Source: Candidatus Dormiibacterota bacterium (GTDB lineage Bacteria > Chloroflexota > Dormibacteria > CF-121). Taken from it: DNA of 64,000 nt. How positions within the stretch are numbered: position 1 is the first letter of the stretch; each line of letters begins with the position of its first letter. Under the pieces are notes generated by a model. The model saw only the letters and a program-made list of their open reading frames with translations. It was not told the origin of the DNA and searched no databases. The DNA is taken from positions 12,246 to 76,245 of the forward strand of contig DATBYO010000002.1 of the NCBI GenBank assembly GCA_036513655.1, in the 5' to 3' direction. Both the position numbers and the translations under genes were made by a program. This document shows, piece by piece, positions 63,204 to 64,000 of this stretch.

Positions 63204-64000
63204 GTGAACGTTCTGGAACTGGTCCTCGTCGTCGTGCTGGTGGCCGCCCTGCTCGGCCTGCTGGCTCTCCTGATCCGGCGGCCGACCGGTTCCGGACCAT
63301 CCGAGGCGGTGCTCGCGGCGCTGGCCGACCTCGGAGCCCTCAAGTCCCACGTCGAGACGGTCGGGAACCAGCAGAGCGCGCTCGCGCAGTCGCTCGGCGT
63401 CCTGCAGACGGCGGTCCAAGGCGTCGAAACCAAAGTGCTGGAGAGCTCGGCGGGCGTGCGGAACGCTCTGGGCAAGGATCTGTCCGACGCTCGGATCGCC
63501 GTCGAGCGATTAAAGGTCGACGCCGAGGAACGCCGCAGAATGGAAGAGGACGTGCAGGCGTCGGCGCGGCGGATCGAGACCGTCCTCCTGGGTAGCCGCA
63601 CGCGTGGCGCCGCCGGCGAGAACATCCTTCAGGACGCGTTCCGCCAGTTCCCCGCGGAGATGATCGACATGAACTTCCGCGTCAACGGCAAGGTCGTCGA
63701 GTACGCGCTGATCCTCGCCAACGGCAAACGCCTGCCGATCGACAGCAAATGGCCGTCACCGGAGCTGCTCGACCGGCTCAGCGATGGCTTGCAGGAGCCG
63801 GCCAAGGAGACGGCGCTGGTCCAGGAGATCGAACGGGTGCTCCGCCTGAAAGTCCGTGAGGTTCGCCAATACATCGATCCTGCGGCCACGCTGGCCTTCG
63901 CGGTTGCCGCCGTCCCCGACCCGGTCTTCAATGCCTGCCGTCGCGCGCACCTCGAGGCCTACCGCGAAGGCGTGATCCTGATGCCGTACAGCATGACGAT
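63204..64000 (+). CDS. rmuC: DNA recombination protein RmuC (3'-truncated at window edge)
   Basis: GTG at 63204 with an AAGGAG SD 6 nt upstream. N-terminal TM segment, then a coiled-coil, then RmuC motifs (VEYALILANGKRLPIDSKWP, ILMPYSMT). No stop codon before the window end, so it is not in the ORF track. Confidence 0.8.
   Translation, partial: MNVLELVLVVVLVAALLGLLALLIRRPTGSGPSEAVLAALADLGALKSHVETVGNQQSALAQSLGVLQTAVQGVETKVLESSAGVRNALGKDLSDARIAVERLKVDAEERRRMEEDVQASARRIETVLLGSRTRGAAGENILQDAFRQFPAEMIDMNFRVNGKVVEYALILANGKRLPIDSKWPSPELLDRLSDGLQEPAKETALVQEIERVLRLKVREVRQYIDPAATLAFAVAAVPDPVFNACRRAHLEAYREGVILMPYSMT

Overview
This 64 kb window is a high-GC (about 68%) bacterial chromosomal segment. Its gene content looks Actinobacteria/Chloroflexi-like: tandem F420-type PPOX enzymes, an MshC-like cysteine ligase, a DUF2029 glycosyltransferase, a WYL regulator and a bacterial topoisomerase IB. 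I call about 85 protein genes, mostly housekeeping or accessory metabolism. These include an ABC-2 exporter, an AidB-like acyl-CoA dehydrogenase, an M20 peptidase, a Clp-N/site-2-protease fusion, PlsC, GlpX, MarR/YceI, two amidase-signature enzymes, a FEN-like 5'-3' exonuclease, an S11 DD-carboxypeptidase, two CPBP proteases, an ArsR-SDR-DUF2071 operon, a 2-oxoacid dehydrogenase E1alpha/E1beta/E2 operon, QueF, a GAF histidine kinase, a PHP phosphoesterase, a LysM-CHAP hydrolase, a molybdoenzyme/ApbE/MsrQ-like cluster, an S8 peptidase, a GGDEF cyclase, an SbcD/SbcC-like operon next to a WYL regulator, a UDG-family glycosylase, a rhodanese and a partial RmuC. I found no rRNA, tRNA, CRISPR array, integrase or transposase. 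Several items came only from reading the sequence directly: (i) a SelW/Rdx-like selenoprotein gene with an in-frame TGA in a CxxU motif plus a downstream SECIS-like hairpin, which the ORF track cannot see; (ii) a family of about 40-bp GC-rich palindromic REP-like elements (CCCTCCCCC-loop-GGGGGAGGG-TCGGGGTGGGGG) at five intergenic loci; (iii) a membrane-anchored SbcC/SbcD-like pair divergent from a WYL regulator, with repeated AATTCGG/TGTTCCG motifs in the shared promoter; (iv) several small overlapping or translationally coupled ORFs, including a GatC/AtzG-like amidase partner, an acidic 43-aa peptide upstream of a Cys/His protein, and a secreted 57-aa peptide inside the Mo-enzyme/ApbE cluster; (v) a trypsin-fold protein with both the catalytic His and Ser substituted; and (vi) an unclassified 473-aa HTH/Zn-ribbon/nuclease-like protein. 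Coordinates come from the ORF track where possible; hand-derived coordinates may be off by 1-2 nt.
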